Source: an uncultured Ideonella sp.
GTDB taxonomy: Bacteria > Pseudomonadota > Gammaproteobacteria > Burkholderiales > Burkholderiaceae_C
DNA: 41,778 bases
Direction of reading: 5' to 3'
Assembly (NCBI GenBank): GCA_964369025.1
Contig: CAYJEC010000001.1
Span: forward strand, 1-41,778
Shown here: piece by piece, positions 18,209 through 26,358 of the stretch
How the letters are laid out: the number at the start of each line of letters is the position of its first letter
How positions within the stretch are numbered: the stretch's first letter is position 1
Notes under the pieces: model-generated
Told to the model about the DNA's origin: nothing
Seen by the model: only the letters and a program-made list of their open reading frames with translations
Database searches by the model: none
Position numbers and translations under genes: made by a program

Positions 18209-20002
18209 TCATACTGTCCAATCCTCTACATTTTGTTGCTCAAATAAGGCAAGGCCTAAATAATCTCTTTCGTTAAATAGATACCTTCTGGACTTAGGCG
18301 ATAACTTAAATTCTAATTCGCCAGGAACTCCGACAATCTTTTGCCTTCTTACTTTCTTTACTGACAAAGTGCAAACCGGATTAGTCGGGTCTTCGCCTCT
18401 GTATGGTCTATGGTAAAACATAATGTTATCCATTTTATTATTCCACATAGGACCGCCGGCCAGATCGAAAACGTCAGGACATTTATAATTCCCTTTGTCA
18501 TCCTTTTGCATTGCCTTCGGGTGCGCTACTATCACAAACATTTGATTATTGGTCATTACAAATCTTGAGAATGATGAAATTGTAATATCCAAATATCTAT
18601 CATCTCTACCGCCTGAACTTGCATAATCATTCGACATTTGATTGAAAGGGTCAACAATGCACCCCTGCACCCCTTCTTTGATAATAAGCTCTAAGAATCG
18701 TTCCTGAATGTATTCCGGTGTAGGTGATACGTCCTTCGGGTAAACAAAAAAGAAGTGTTTGCTGATATGGTCGTATATCCTTGCATAATCTTCCCGACTT
18801 GGGCGGTGTGGATTCTCAGGTACGCAATTTTGACCAAACCACATTTCAACAAGGTCATGATAAAACTCATGCGCAGGGCAGTCTTCTGGTACAAACAAAG
18901 CATACTTAGTGCCTCGTTTTATTGTCTGCAATAGCATCAAATATTTTAACAGAGTAGATTTTCCATAGTTTCCTATTCCTGAAAGTAATGTTATCTCTCC
19001 TACTTTCCATTTAAAATGTTGGTCCAATTCAGGGATATAAGTAGATAGCGCGCTCTCGTAACCGTTATCATAAATTGAAAGTGCATCACTTTTTACATCC
19101 TCTCCGAATATTACGTCTTTAGGTTTTACTTCCAAATCGTAAATTGATTCATCAATTACAAATTCCTTTCGGGTGGTCCGGTCAACTAATATCTCTTTCT
19201 CGAAATTAACCGTTCCGAATTGCGCTTGGTTTGCCCTGTATGCGCTTTTAATTGTCCGTAGTGCCTCTGAGGCGGTGAAGGTATTATCATTACCTAAAAT
19301 GCTACCGTTTATCTCTATTTCGCATTCGTATTCCTCTAAACCAAATCGACAACAAGCTGAGGCAAGTTTGAAAATAAATAGATTTCTTTCTCCGGTCCTG
19401 AAGGCATCCCCTTTGTTTGCTAACCATTTTAAAATCTTTCCGAATGTGTCGCTATCATCCCTGACTATCTCTTTCGCCTTCTCAATTACTTTAAACTTGG
19501 TGAATGGTTTTGCCTTCGCATTGATTAGGATATTCGGGTCTGAACTTTCATAACAAACTCTTGAAACGTTTATACCTGACTTATCCGTTTCAGGGAATAA
19601 CTCTTGAAGGGATTGAAAATGCTCACGGTGTTTGGTCGGGTCGGCAATTTTTACAAGTGCCTTAACACCGTTACCGGAAGGACTTATCCAACTTGCATAG
19701 ATAAAATCATTTTGCATCATGTGAGTTTTAAATTCCTCAACATGGTCAATGTCATCAAAATCCAATACGATAAATCCTGAATGTTCGATTATATCAGCAT
19801 CTTTTCGGTCCGCATTGAACTTACCTGAGAAGCAAACAGAGGGTAGGTGCGCCTTCATTTTTTGACGTTTCTCTTTGTCGATAGTTCCACGCAATTCAAA
19901 TACCGGAACTAAACTTTTACCAGACTTTACCCTTTCAAGTGCTTGGTCAACCGAAATATAGTGCGGTTTCTTGGAATATATATTTTCAAAAATTGTTACC
20001 AT
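18209..20002 (-). CDS. Primase-helicase fusion (BT4734/VirE-N primase + PriCT-1 + DnaB-like SF4 helicase)
   Basis: LPSVCFSGKF...HSGFIVLDFD...SPSGNGVK; GERNLFIFKLA; Walker A GIGNYGKS, Walker B IVDPFN, VVAHP. Confidence 0.85.
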   Translation of the reverse strand: MVTIFENIYSKKPHYISVDQALERVKSGKSLVPVFELRGTIDKEKRQKMKAHLPSVCFSGKFNADRKDADIIEHSGFIVLDFDDIDHVEEFKTHMMQNDFIYASWISPSGNGVKALVKIADPTKHREHFQSLQELFPETDKSGINVSRVCYESSDPNILINAKAKPFTKFKVIEKAKEIVRDDSDTFGKILKWLANKGDAFRTGERNLFIFKLASACCRFGLEEYECEIEINGSILGNDNTFTASEALRTIKSAYRANQAQFGTVNFEKEILVDRTTRKEFVIDESIYDLEVKPKDVIFGEDVKSDALSIYDNGYESALSTYIPELDQHFKWKVGEITLLSGIGNYGKSTLLKYLMLLQTIKRGTKYALFVPEDCPAHEFYHDLVEMWFGQNCVPENPHRPSREDYARIYDHISKHFFFVYPKDVSPTPEYIQERFLELIIKEGVQGCIVDPFNQMSNDYASSGGRDDRYLDITISSFSRFVMTNNQMFVIVAHPKAMQKDDKGNYKCPDVFDLAGGPMWNNKMDNIMFYHRPYRGEDPTNPVCTLSVKKVRRQKIVGVPGELEFKLSPKSRRYLFNERDYLGLALFEQQNVEDWTV

Positions 20003-20733
20003 TAATTCCAGGGGTTAGTTACTATTGCTATTGGTTTAGGTTCTGTTGGTGGTGGTCCGGTCCTTGCGGTTGAACCTACAGACTGATTCAGGTATGATTC
20101 AAACTTAGTACCGAATAATGTGTCAGGCCTTAAAAAGGCTTTCATCTTACTATCACCGGACCACTCTTTTACTTTCGTGTCAATTACCTTTTTGAAGTCA
20201 TCGACTGAATATCCTTCTTTGATTCTTGCATTGATATGGGCCTTAGTATTTTTTGTTGTATCCTTAAATTCAGAAGTACAAGCAACATTGAGATAATTTA
20301 TTATCTCTGTTATAGGTTGTAAGTTACTAGTTATACGTTTTATATTATTACCCCGTTGAGGTACAGTTGTATCCCCCGTTGAGGTATCGTTGAGGTACAG
20401 TTGCGGTTCGGATTGAGGTACAGTTGAGGTGTCTTTTAATACCTCAAGTCTAACTAAAGGAGCTTTCCAATTGTTTACTCCTTTTTTATATTCTATCAAC
20501 CCCCAATCCATTAAATCAGATAGGCAGTTGTAATATGTTTTTTTGCTCGAAATACATGAACCTGTCATAGACAAATCAAAAGGCATTTTAAACCATTCAA
20601 TCCAATTATTCCTATTATTTTGATTTACCATAAAGATATACAAACTAATATGATGTGCCTTTATATTTTTATCTTGATTATCAAAAACCCATGAATAAAA
20701 ACCCTTTATTTGCTCGAATCCGTTAATCCTCAT
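20002..20733 (-). CDS. Replication initiator (N-terminal wHTH, conserved phage C-terminal domain)
   Basis: IINYLN...I.ARIKEGYSVDDFKKVID.K..EW....M..FLRPDTLFGTKFESYLNQ; internal DNA repeats. Confidence 0.8.
   Translation of the reverse strand: MRINGFEQIKGFYSWVFDNQDKNIKAHHISLYIFMVNQNNRNNWIEWFKMPFDLSMTGSCISSKKTYYNCLSDLMDWGLIEYKKGVNNWKAPLVRLEVLKDTSTVPQSEPQLYLNDTSTGDTTVPQRGNNIKRITSNLQPITEIINYLNVACTSEFKDTTKNTKAHINARIKEGYSVDDFKKVIDTKVKEWSGDSKMKAFLRPDTLFGTKFESYLNQSVGSTARTGPPPTEPKPIAIVTNPWN
20356..20447. repeat. Iterons / putative origin of replication
   Basis: TTGAGGT at 20356, 20379, 20390, 20413 and 20424, with an inverted copy at 20440-20447, next to an AT-rich tract. Confidence 0.7.
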
Positions 20734-20736
20734 ATC

Positions 20737-21018
20737 CTATCCTTTTAGTTTTTTAAGTTCATCAATCCTATCAATAACCGCCTGAGCGGTCTTATCGTTC
20801 ATTATTAATTCATTGTAGGCCCATTCTAACCAGTTTAGATCGGTTATCTTTGAAATAGGTATATCCTTATACTTTCCGAAATAAAAGGCCGGTTCAGCAT
20901 AAGAAACGAACTTAATATATTTGTTTGTGATATTGCAAATGGCCTTCATGTGAGGTCCTGAGTTCTCTAATCGAAAGTCCGACTTATTACAACACTTGCA
21001 AATAATAATGTCTGTCAT
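20737..21018 (-). CDS. Hypothetical protein with DUF3820-like FGKYK domain and Zn-binding-like N-terminus
   Basis: CKCC...HMKAIC; FYFGKYKDIPISKI.D..WLEW. Confidence 0.6.
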   Translation of the reverse strand: MTDIIICKCCNKSDFRLENSGPHMKAICNITNKYIKFVSYAEPAFYFGKYKDIPISKITDLNWLEWAYNELIMNDKTAQAVIDRIDELKKLKG

Positions 21019-21033
21019 AATGTTAAAATATAA

Positions 21034-21142
21034 AAGCCGGCAATTGAAAAGTGGGCTGAAGGGGATATGTTAACCCCAACACTTGACAACAACCGGCTTG
21101 AATTTTAGAATTAATTTTTAACATACATATTTTAATTTCAGC
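21034..21142 (-). ncRNA. Structured leader / C4-antisense-like RNA
   Basis: Nested stems AAGCCGG/CCGGCTT, AAGTG/CACTT and GGGG/CCCC, with single-stranded parts complementary to sequences at 21118-21125 and 21137-21142. Confidence 0.5.
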
Positions 21143-21189
21143 ATTACAATATTCGGGATTATTTTTGACTTTACAAAAGATTATTTTTA

Positions 21190-22104
21190 CTATTTTTCAA
21201 AAGAGGCTGTATAATCCTCGATTGATTTAAATATCTGATAAGCGACTTGAGGGACTATTGCGTTACCGTATGCCTTTATACTTTCTTTTGCCCACTCTGA
21301 AAAGGTGATGTTATCCAACCCCCCGGGAATCCCATCATTTGCTCTACGAATAGGGGATTCAGTGGGCCATCCACCATCATTGAAAGCTCTATACTCTTTC
21401 CTATCTCCAGCCGTCTTTTTACTGAATTGTCCTTCGGGCCTCCCCTGTCCCTGTTGTCTGATGCAGTTGGTGTTGGTAGCATTTTTGTTGCTATCCTTCT
21501 CATTATTCGCCCTCCTTTGTCTAATCTCTTTAGGCTTTCCCAATTCGTATTGTAATCGTGAATCTCTCCGGCTGTTGGAGTAGGCAACAAACCAGACTCT
21601 ATCTCTCCTATGTGGAGCGTTGACGGCACAAGCTGGAAGTACATACGGGAATACTTCGTACCCCTCAGCTTCCAAATCAGCCTGCACTTCATCGAATACC
21701 AACCCTCCTGACCAATTAATAAGGCCGAAAACGTTTTCACCCACGACCCAACTTGGTCGAATTTCTCTAATTGCTCTAAGCATTTCAGGCCATAAGTGGC
21801 GGTCATCTTCTTTTCCCTTTCGTTTACCGGCAAGGCTGTAGGGTTGGCAAGGTCACGGGAACCCACCGACGAGAACAATGTCATTTGTCCTCCAGTGGGT
21901 TCCTTTTCGTTTTGTAAGTTCTGCATTTATTATGTCGTATGTGAGTGTTTTTATATCATCGTGGTGATAAGCATCAGGCCAGTAGTGTTTCAATATCTTT
22001 TGTCCGAAAGGATTTATTTCGCATGAGACAATATTCTCCCATCCCATCCATTCAGAGGCAAGTTCAAAACCACCAATACCACTAAAAAGGCTAACTAACT
22101 GCAC
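21190..22104 (-). CDS. dcm: C5-cytosine DNA methyltransferase, large subunit, interrupted by an in-frame TGA at 21853-21855
   Basis: GTG start at 22104: motif I SLFSGIGG, motif IV GGFP*PCQPYS, motif VI GENV, motif VIII HRRDRVW, motif X YGNAIVP, all in one frame. Confidence 0.85.
21276..21926 (-). CDS. Alternative-frame methyltransferase small subunit (TRD + motif IX)
   Basis: Nested ORF with two LPTPTA repeats and motif IX-like LNPLFVEQMMGFPGGW, which the main frame lacks; the true start is uncertain. Confidence 0.7.
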   Translation of the reverse strand: MQNLQNEKEPTGGQMTLFSSVGSRDLANPTALPVNEREKKMTATYGLKCLEQLEKFDQVGSWVKTFSALLIGQEGWYSMKCRLIWKLRGTKYSRMYFQLVPSTLHIGEIESGLLPTPTAGEIHDYNTNWESLKRLDKGGRIMRRIATKMLPTPTASDNRDRGGPKDNSVKRRLEIGKSIELSMMVDGPLNPLFVEQMMGFPGGWITSPFQSGQKKV

Positions 22105-22519
22105 GTTTCCTCCCTCTTGTAAATTGGTTATTATGGGGAGAATAAAGTCTTGTATGTTCAGATTTTGGCAAACATTCAAGATTTGAAATGTTGTTATTTG
22201 CCTTGTCCTCGTCTATATGGTGAATATCATATCCGGTTGGTATCTTACCTTTTTCTTTCTCCCAAACGTATCGGTGCATCAATCCTCTGCATCCAATAGT
22301 TAATGAATAATACCCAGTGTTTCTAAGTGTAAACTTTTTACCATCGTAAATCTGATAAGGTCTAAAATTAACCCCTCTTAAAGTGAACCCTCTCCCCTCA
22401 AAAGCTTTATATACACATTGCCTTGTTACACCTAATTCTTTGCCGACTTGATCTAATGACAGCCCTGATAGATATAAATCATAGGCTAAATCAAATTTTG
22501 TATCTTTTTTCCGTCCCAT
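22091..22519 (-). CDS. HNH endonuclease with N-terminal HTH
   Basis: GLSLDQVGKELGVTRQCV; MHRYVWE...IHHIDEDKANNNISNLECL...H. Likely start is the ATG at 22519, downstream of TACATTTG (22528-22535). Confidence 0.88.
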   Translation of the reverse strand: MGRKKDTKFDLAYDLYLSGLSLDQVGKELGVTRQCVYKAFEGRGFTLRGVNFRPYQIYDGKKFTLRNTGYYSLTIGCRGLMHRYVWEKEKGKIPTGYDIHHIDEDKANNNISNLECLPKSEHTRLYSPHNNQFTRGRKRAVS

Positions 22520-22602
22520 TATGTTTACAAATGTATATACTATTTTTGACAATTAAACACTTTTGTTTACTTATTTTGATTATTTTTCAATTATCTACCT
22601 GT

Positions 22603-22863
22603 TTAATTGGTAATCAATTTGTCATAAAGTTTTACCGCCTTGTTTCTTTCTGATTGAGGCAGTTTGTGAACGGCATAGTAGTAAGGGTTGCCATACTTGT
22701 TTTTATCTTTTACAAGGGTTGTTTGGATGCTTAAACCGTACTTAGTTTTAAGTTCTGATAAACGGGTTCTGAATCCTGGCCATTGAATTGTTAAGGATGA
22801 AACGCTCTCCCTTCTTATTAGCTTGAAAAGAACTTCGCTGATGTTTGATGTTGGCTTTTTCAT
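22603..22863 (-). CDS. Small wHTH-like protein
   Basis: GFRTRLSELK.KYGLSI pattern. Confidence 0.55.
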   Translation of the reverse strand: MKKPTSNISEVLFKLIRRESVSSLTIQWPGFRTRLSELKTKYGLSIQTTLVKDKNKYGNPYYYAVHKLPQSERNKAVKLYDKLITN

Positions 22864-22904
22864 TGTGTTATTTGGGTTGTATTGTAGTAGGTTGTTTGCA
22901 TGGG

Positions 22905-23105
22905 TTATTTAGCATTTACTAAATTATTTTGTTCTTCCAATTCATCAGCGATATTCCGTAGGTCTTGGATTAAATCTACATCGACTAACCCTTTTGTATT
23001 TGTAACGTCTACAACAATAGTAGCACTAGCAGTTTCAACTTTAAGTTCTATTATTGTTGATGCTGAATTTCTTGACCTTCCGTAATGTTTTATTTCAATG
23101 TTCAT
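22905..23105 (-). CDS. Hypothetical protein
   Basis: 66-aa ORF. Confidence 0.55.
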   Translation of the reverse strand: MNIEIKHYGRSRNSASTIIELKVETASATIVVDVTNTKGLVDVDLIQDLRNIADELEEQNNLVNAK

Positions 23106-23159
23106 GGTGTATTTATTTAAATTGTTTGTCCGTTTATTGTTTATGTGGTAGGAAGGGGG

Positions 23160-23531
23160 TTATTTTAAAAGTTCGCTATTTTCATGAATGTTCCCGATGA
23201 TTTCATCATATTCATCCATGTATAACGGGTATAATCTTTCAGGGTTATTTATAGAATATGTGTAAAATCCATTCTTATGCCACACAATTACTTCATGGAA
23301 ACACCCTTGTCTACCAATAATATCACCTTCGTATGTATCATTGCCTTTTCCGTTCTTATCCTTGAAGCCGGTGAATTGGCCCTCAGTACCTTTTAGGCAT
23401 GAGGTGTAAAGAAAATCTGTATTCTCAACTTGTATTCGGGGTATTTCATTAATGTAAACAAGGCATCCATATACCCAACTGCAATTAGACATATCGTCTT
23501 TTAATGCTCTAAATTTTATCTCTCTGTTCAT
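23160..23531 (-). CDS. YopX family protein (copy 2)
   Basis: MNREIKFRA...WVYG.L...GQFTGFKDKNG...YEGDII...EIIGNIHEN. Confidence 0.9.
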   Translation of the reverse strand: MNREIKFRALKDDMSNCSWVYGCLVYINEIPRIQVENTDFLYTSCLKGTEGQFTGFKDKNGKGNDTYEGDIIGRQGCFHEVIVWHKNGFYTYSINNPERLYPLYMDEYDEIIGNIHENSELLK

Positions 23532-23554
23532 ATTTGATTTTTAATTATTTTGGC

Positions 23555-23821
23555 TTAATTGTTTAAAGTTATTTTCTGTTTATCCCCTAAGTAGAAAAAA
23601 GAGTTTGTTGTCGAAAGGTGAAGTGATTGCCTCCACGCTTCATAAGAGGTTATTTGCTGACTTGGATAAACTGTTGTTGACGGTTTTATATCCCTTGCCA
23701 TTGATAAGGTCATACGGTCTTTTAAAAGGACTGATTGAATTAATCCGTTAAAGAATGTTTTTATTTTGGCGGTTGGTTTATAGTCTTGAATGTTCATGGT
23801 TAATCTTCTAAAATGGTGCAA
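23555..23821 (-). CDS. Hypothetical protein (start probably MNIQDY)
   Basis: ORF in the early-gene array. Confidence 0.5.
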   Translation of the reverse strand: MHHFRRLTMNIQDYKPTAKIKTFFNGLIQSVLLKDRMTLSMARDIKPSTTVYPSQQITSYEAWRQSLHLSTTNSFFYLGDKQKITLNN

Positions 23822-24003
23822 GCAGTTCTTATCACATCAGATATGTATAGTTTTTCATCCTCAGTTTTGCAATCCTTTTGGATTATCATTAATTGAGTGT
23901 GCATGTAGTTTGCCGACTTCGCTAATTTCTTAACATCATTATCTATCTGCATATCATTATTAAGGGCGTTGTTGCCTAGTATTTTTTTTAGTTGTTCTTT
24001 CAT
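23800..24003 (-). CDS. Hypothetical protein
   Basis: 67-aa ORF. Confidence 0.55.
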   Translation of the reverse strand: MKEQLKKILGNNALNNDMQIDNDVKKLAKSANYMHTQLMIIQKDCKTEDEKLYISDVIRTACTILED

Positions 24004-24015
24004 GGTTAAAGGGTG

Positions 24016-24270
24016 TTAATCATTGCTTAGAGTTATTGTGCCTTTGACTTCATAAAACTCATCATTTGCTAACGGGTTAAATCCTATTAATCCATCTAAT
24101 TCTAGATATGATTTTACGCCTGATACATACTTAAACATAGGACTTTCATCTTCGTCAAGTTCTACAAATTCAAGTATTGTTGAGCCTTCTTCATTTGGAA
24201 TATCAGAATACAGTTTGCCTACTTTAAGGTCATTTCTATAAATCGGCTCTTTGTTAATTATACTTTTCAT
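24016..24270 (-). CDS. Hypothetical protein
   Basis: 84-aa acidic ORF. Confidence 0.55.
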   Translation of the reverse strand: MKSIINKEPIYRNDLKVGKLYSDIPNEEGSTILEFVELDEDESPMFKYVSGVKSYLELDGLIGFNPLANDEFYEVKGTITLSND

Positions 24271-24282
24271 TTTATTGGTTGG

Positions 24283-24561
24283 TTAATTGATTCTTTCAAA
24301 AACGTGAACGACATAATTATGGTCAGCAGACATAGAAGTCCCGATAAACTTTCTTTCAGTACCCATGTCATACCAAATTTCTTGACCTATTTGGAATACT
24401 TCAAAGGTTCTTTCTTCTTTCGCCTCGTCTGTATCTACTAAAGCCCAAAGTTTAAGTTCATCATTTTGGAATGATACTGAAAGGACTTCTGAATTATGTG
24501 GCATAGTTATAGTCCACAACCCGTGACTAGGTAGCCCATATTTATAAATTACTCTTTTCAT
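24283..24561 (-). CDS. Conserved phage hypothetical protein
   Basis: IYKY.L...MP...VLSV..Q...LWALVD...FIGT...VVHVFE, a pattern common in phages. Confidence 0.7.
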   Translation of the reverse strand: MKRVIYKYGLPSHGLWTITMPHNSEVLSVSFQNDELKLWALVDTDEAKEERTFEVFQIGQEIWYDMGTERKFIGTSMSADHNYVVHVFERIN

Positions 24562-24664
24562 TTTTAATCGTGTTTATTTTAAAATTATTGTTGTTTTTTA
24601 CCCTTCCAAATACTTCTTAGACCTAAGAGAAAGAGTATTATTAAGGTTGTTGCTATGTATTCCA

Positions 24665-25060
24665 TTATCTGAAGTTTTGCATTTCTGCTTTAAGTTTTGA
24701 TAAAATAGTTCTTGAAAAATCTAATTGATGGGTGCAAGTCCTATTGATCCGGTCAGACCAATCAACTAAATACTGATAATCCTTACAAAGTGAATCCAGG
24801 TACTTGTTAATTGTTGATGCACTAACTTTAGTATTCTGCTTTATTGCATCTATAAATCCACTTTCAAAGACTGCATTATAGTGATACTTTGCATCTGCCA
24901 CCATCTTGCCTGACAAGGCCATATACCCCTCTATTTTCTGAGAACGTTCAACTATTGCAGTCCCGTTATCAGCGTCATAAGGTTGCTCAAAGAATGCTTG
25001 AATCTCTATCAAGTTATCTTGAATCAATTCGAGGGGCATGATGTTACTTGCTTTGTACAT
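24665..25060 (-). CDS. Hypothetical helical protein (recombination region)
   Basis: 131 aa next to the SSB-like gene. Confidence 0.6.
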   Translation of the reverse strand: MYKASNIMPLELIQDNLIEIQAFFEQPYDADNGTAIVERSQKIEGYMALSGKMVADAKYHYNAVFESGFIDAIKQNTKVSASTINKYLDSLCKDYQYLVDWSDRINRTCTHQLDFSRTILSKLKAEMQNFR

Positions 25061-25183
25061 TACTTTTCAGCTTATTTTTAATTTGTTGGTCGACATAGAA
25101 AGCAGGGAGTTGCTCTTGTTTGGTTTCAGCAATCAATTGCTTCTCCCTTATTTCCATGAATATTTTTTTAGATTGCCCCATGA

Positions 25184-25813
25184 TTAAAACGGTAAGTCGT
25201 CAGATTCATCCTGAGTTAATCCCATATTGTTGATATGGCTTTCATGTGGTGCAATCATTTTCTTATATTCTTCGCTTGATTTCACCTTGTCTTTAATGAA
25301 GTCCGGCAATGAATTGAATAGCGCATCACTGAAGTTGTCAAATTCAAGCAACATAGTTTGATTTATTTGGTCAGGGCAAACAACTCCTTTTGCCAACGGG
25401 GTCACACTGGATATGTTTTCATAGAACTTTGTTCCGTCCTTTGAAGGTTTGTGAATGATGTTAATCATGCAGGGAACACCGATTAATTTAGTAATGTCAA
25501 ACTTTTCGGCTTGTGCTTCTGTGAAATCCATTCCCCTCCATGAGGCCAACATTTTGCGGAGGTTTGCCTTTTCATTCATTGAAAGGGTATATTCCTGACT
25601 GATAACCAAAGGTTGCTCCCCGTTTTCTTCTTTGAACACCTTTAATTCCAAAGGGAGTTCCCACCCGATACGGACTTTATTAAGACGCTTTGTTTCACCT
25701 TTGATAACTTCCTCTACTGTTCCGATTTGTAACATCTGATAGCATCTTGCTATGTAGTTACCCGCAGGGATTAATTCCCTCGGTTGCGATTTGTTTTCTG
25801 CATTAATTGCCAT
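25184..25813 (-). CDS. Single-stranded DNA-binding-like protein
   Basis: IPAGNYIARCY, YTLSMNEKANLRK.L.SWRG, acidic DDLPF tail. Confidence 0.7.
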   Translation of the reverse strand: MAINAENKSQPRELIPAGNYIARCYQMLQIGTVEEVIKGETKRLNKVRIGWELPLELKVFKEENGEQPLVISQEYTLSMNEKANLRKMLASWRGMDFTEAQAEKFDITKLIGVPCMINIIHKPSKDGTKFYENISSVTPLAKGVVCPDQINQTMLLEFDNFSDALFNSLPDFIKDKVKSSEEYKKMIAPHESHINNMGLTQDESDDLPF

Positions 25814-25819
25814 ATTATT

Positions 25820-26170
25820 TTAAAATGAGTTTAATCCACTATTAAGGTCGTGCATATCATCACAACCCTTTGTTCTGCTTTCAAATTCTTTCAAACACTC
25901 TATATAGGTTCGGTCATTGTCGATAATGACATTATCACCTAGCCTTTCTTTGAAGTCAATTTCCAGACTTCTGTACTTTGCCAACCTTACTGATTCAGAT
26001 AAGCAGTAGTCTGTAAGGTGTGCCTTCATTGCATCGGTAAGGTCTTTGATTGGCTGAGTAGCACCATGTAAGTGCAGTTGAATGTCTATAAACTCTATTT
26101 GACCATTAGTCTCAATGAATTTAATATCCATTCCGTTTACTTCACTACCGTATGTTAAAGATTGTATCAT
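25820..26170 (-). CDS. Hypothetical protein (likely start MIQSLTYG)
   Basis: ATG overlapping the stop of the upstream ORF. Confidence 0.5.
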   Translation of the reverse strand: MIQSLTYGSEVNGMDIKFIETNGQIEFIDIQLHLHGATQPIKDLTDAMKAHLTDYCLSESVRLAKYRSLEIDFKERLGDNVIIDNDRTYIECLKEFESRTKGCDDMHDLNSGLNSF

Positions 26171-26358
26171 ATTAAAGGTAAAAAGATTGATTGAAAAATT
26201 GGATGAAGATTTGCGGTGCGCAGTTCTTTTGCCTTCGCATCCTGCCACTCTTTTTTAGTTATCATTTCAGCAGAAAAGTTATCAGTAAACCATTCTACAA
26301 ATTGAGTTTGAGTAACTACTAATGCTTTCCCTTTTCTTATGCAATAGACGTTTTTCAT
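26167..26358 (-). CDS. Hypothetical protein
   Basis: 63-aa ORF coupled to its neighbours. Confidence 0.55.
   Translation of the reverse strand: MKNVYCIRKGKALVVTQTQFVEWFTDNFSAEMITKKEWQDAKAKELRTANLHPIFQSIFLPLI

Noticed and set aside
18691-18903. Nested minus-strand 70-aa ORF in the primase-helicase
   Set aside because: No motif or initiation signal; consistent with chance.
20356-20430. CRISPR-like array
   Set aside because: Repeats are 7-14 nt with no unique spacers of suitable length; they fit iterons.
21853-21855. Genome-wide TGA reassignment as the explanation for the dcm stop
   Set aside because: TGA is a genuine stop in many ATGA-coupled genes (for example 2543, 7789, 26355), and no other gene appears fragmented.
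21790-21860. Intron or intein in dcm
   Set aside because: The interruption is only 6 nt, with no room for a ribozyme or intein.
16936-23534. Diversity-generating retroelement TR/VR pair
   Set aside because: No reverse transcriptase; the matches are short blocks in paralogs and mismatches are not adenine-specific.
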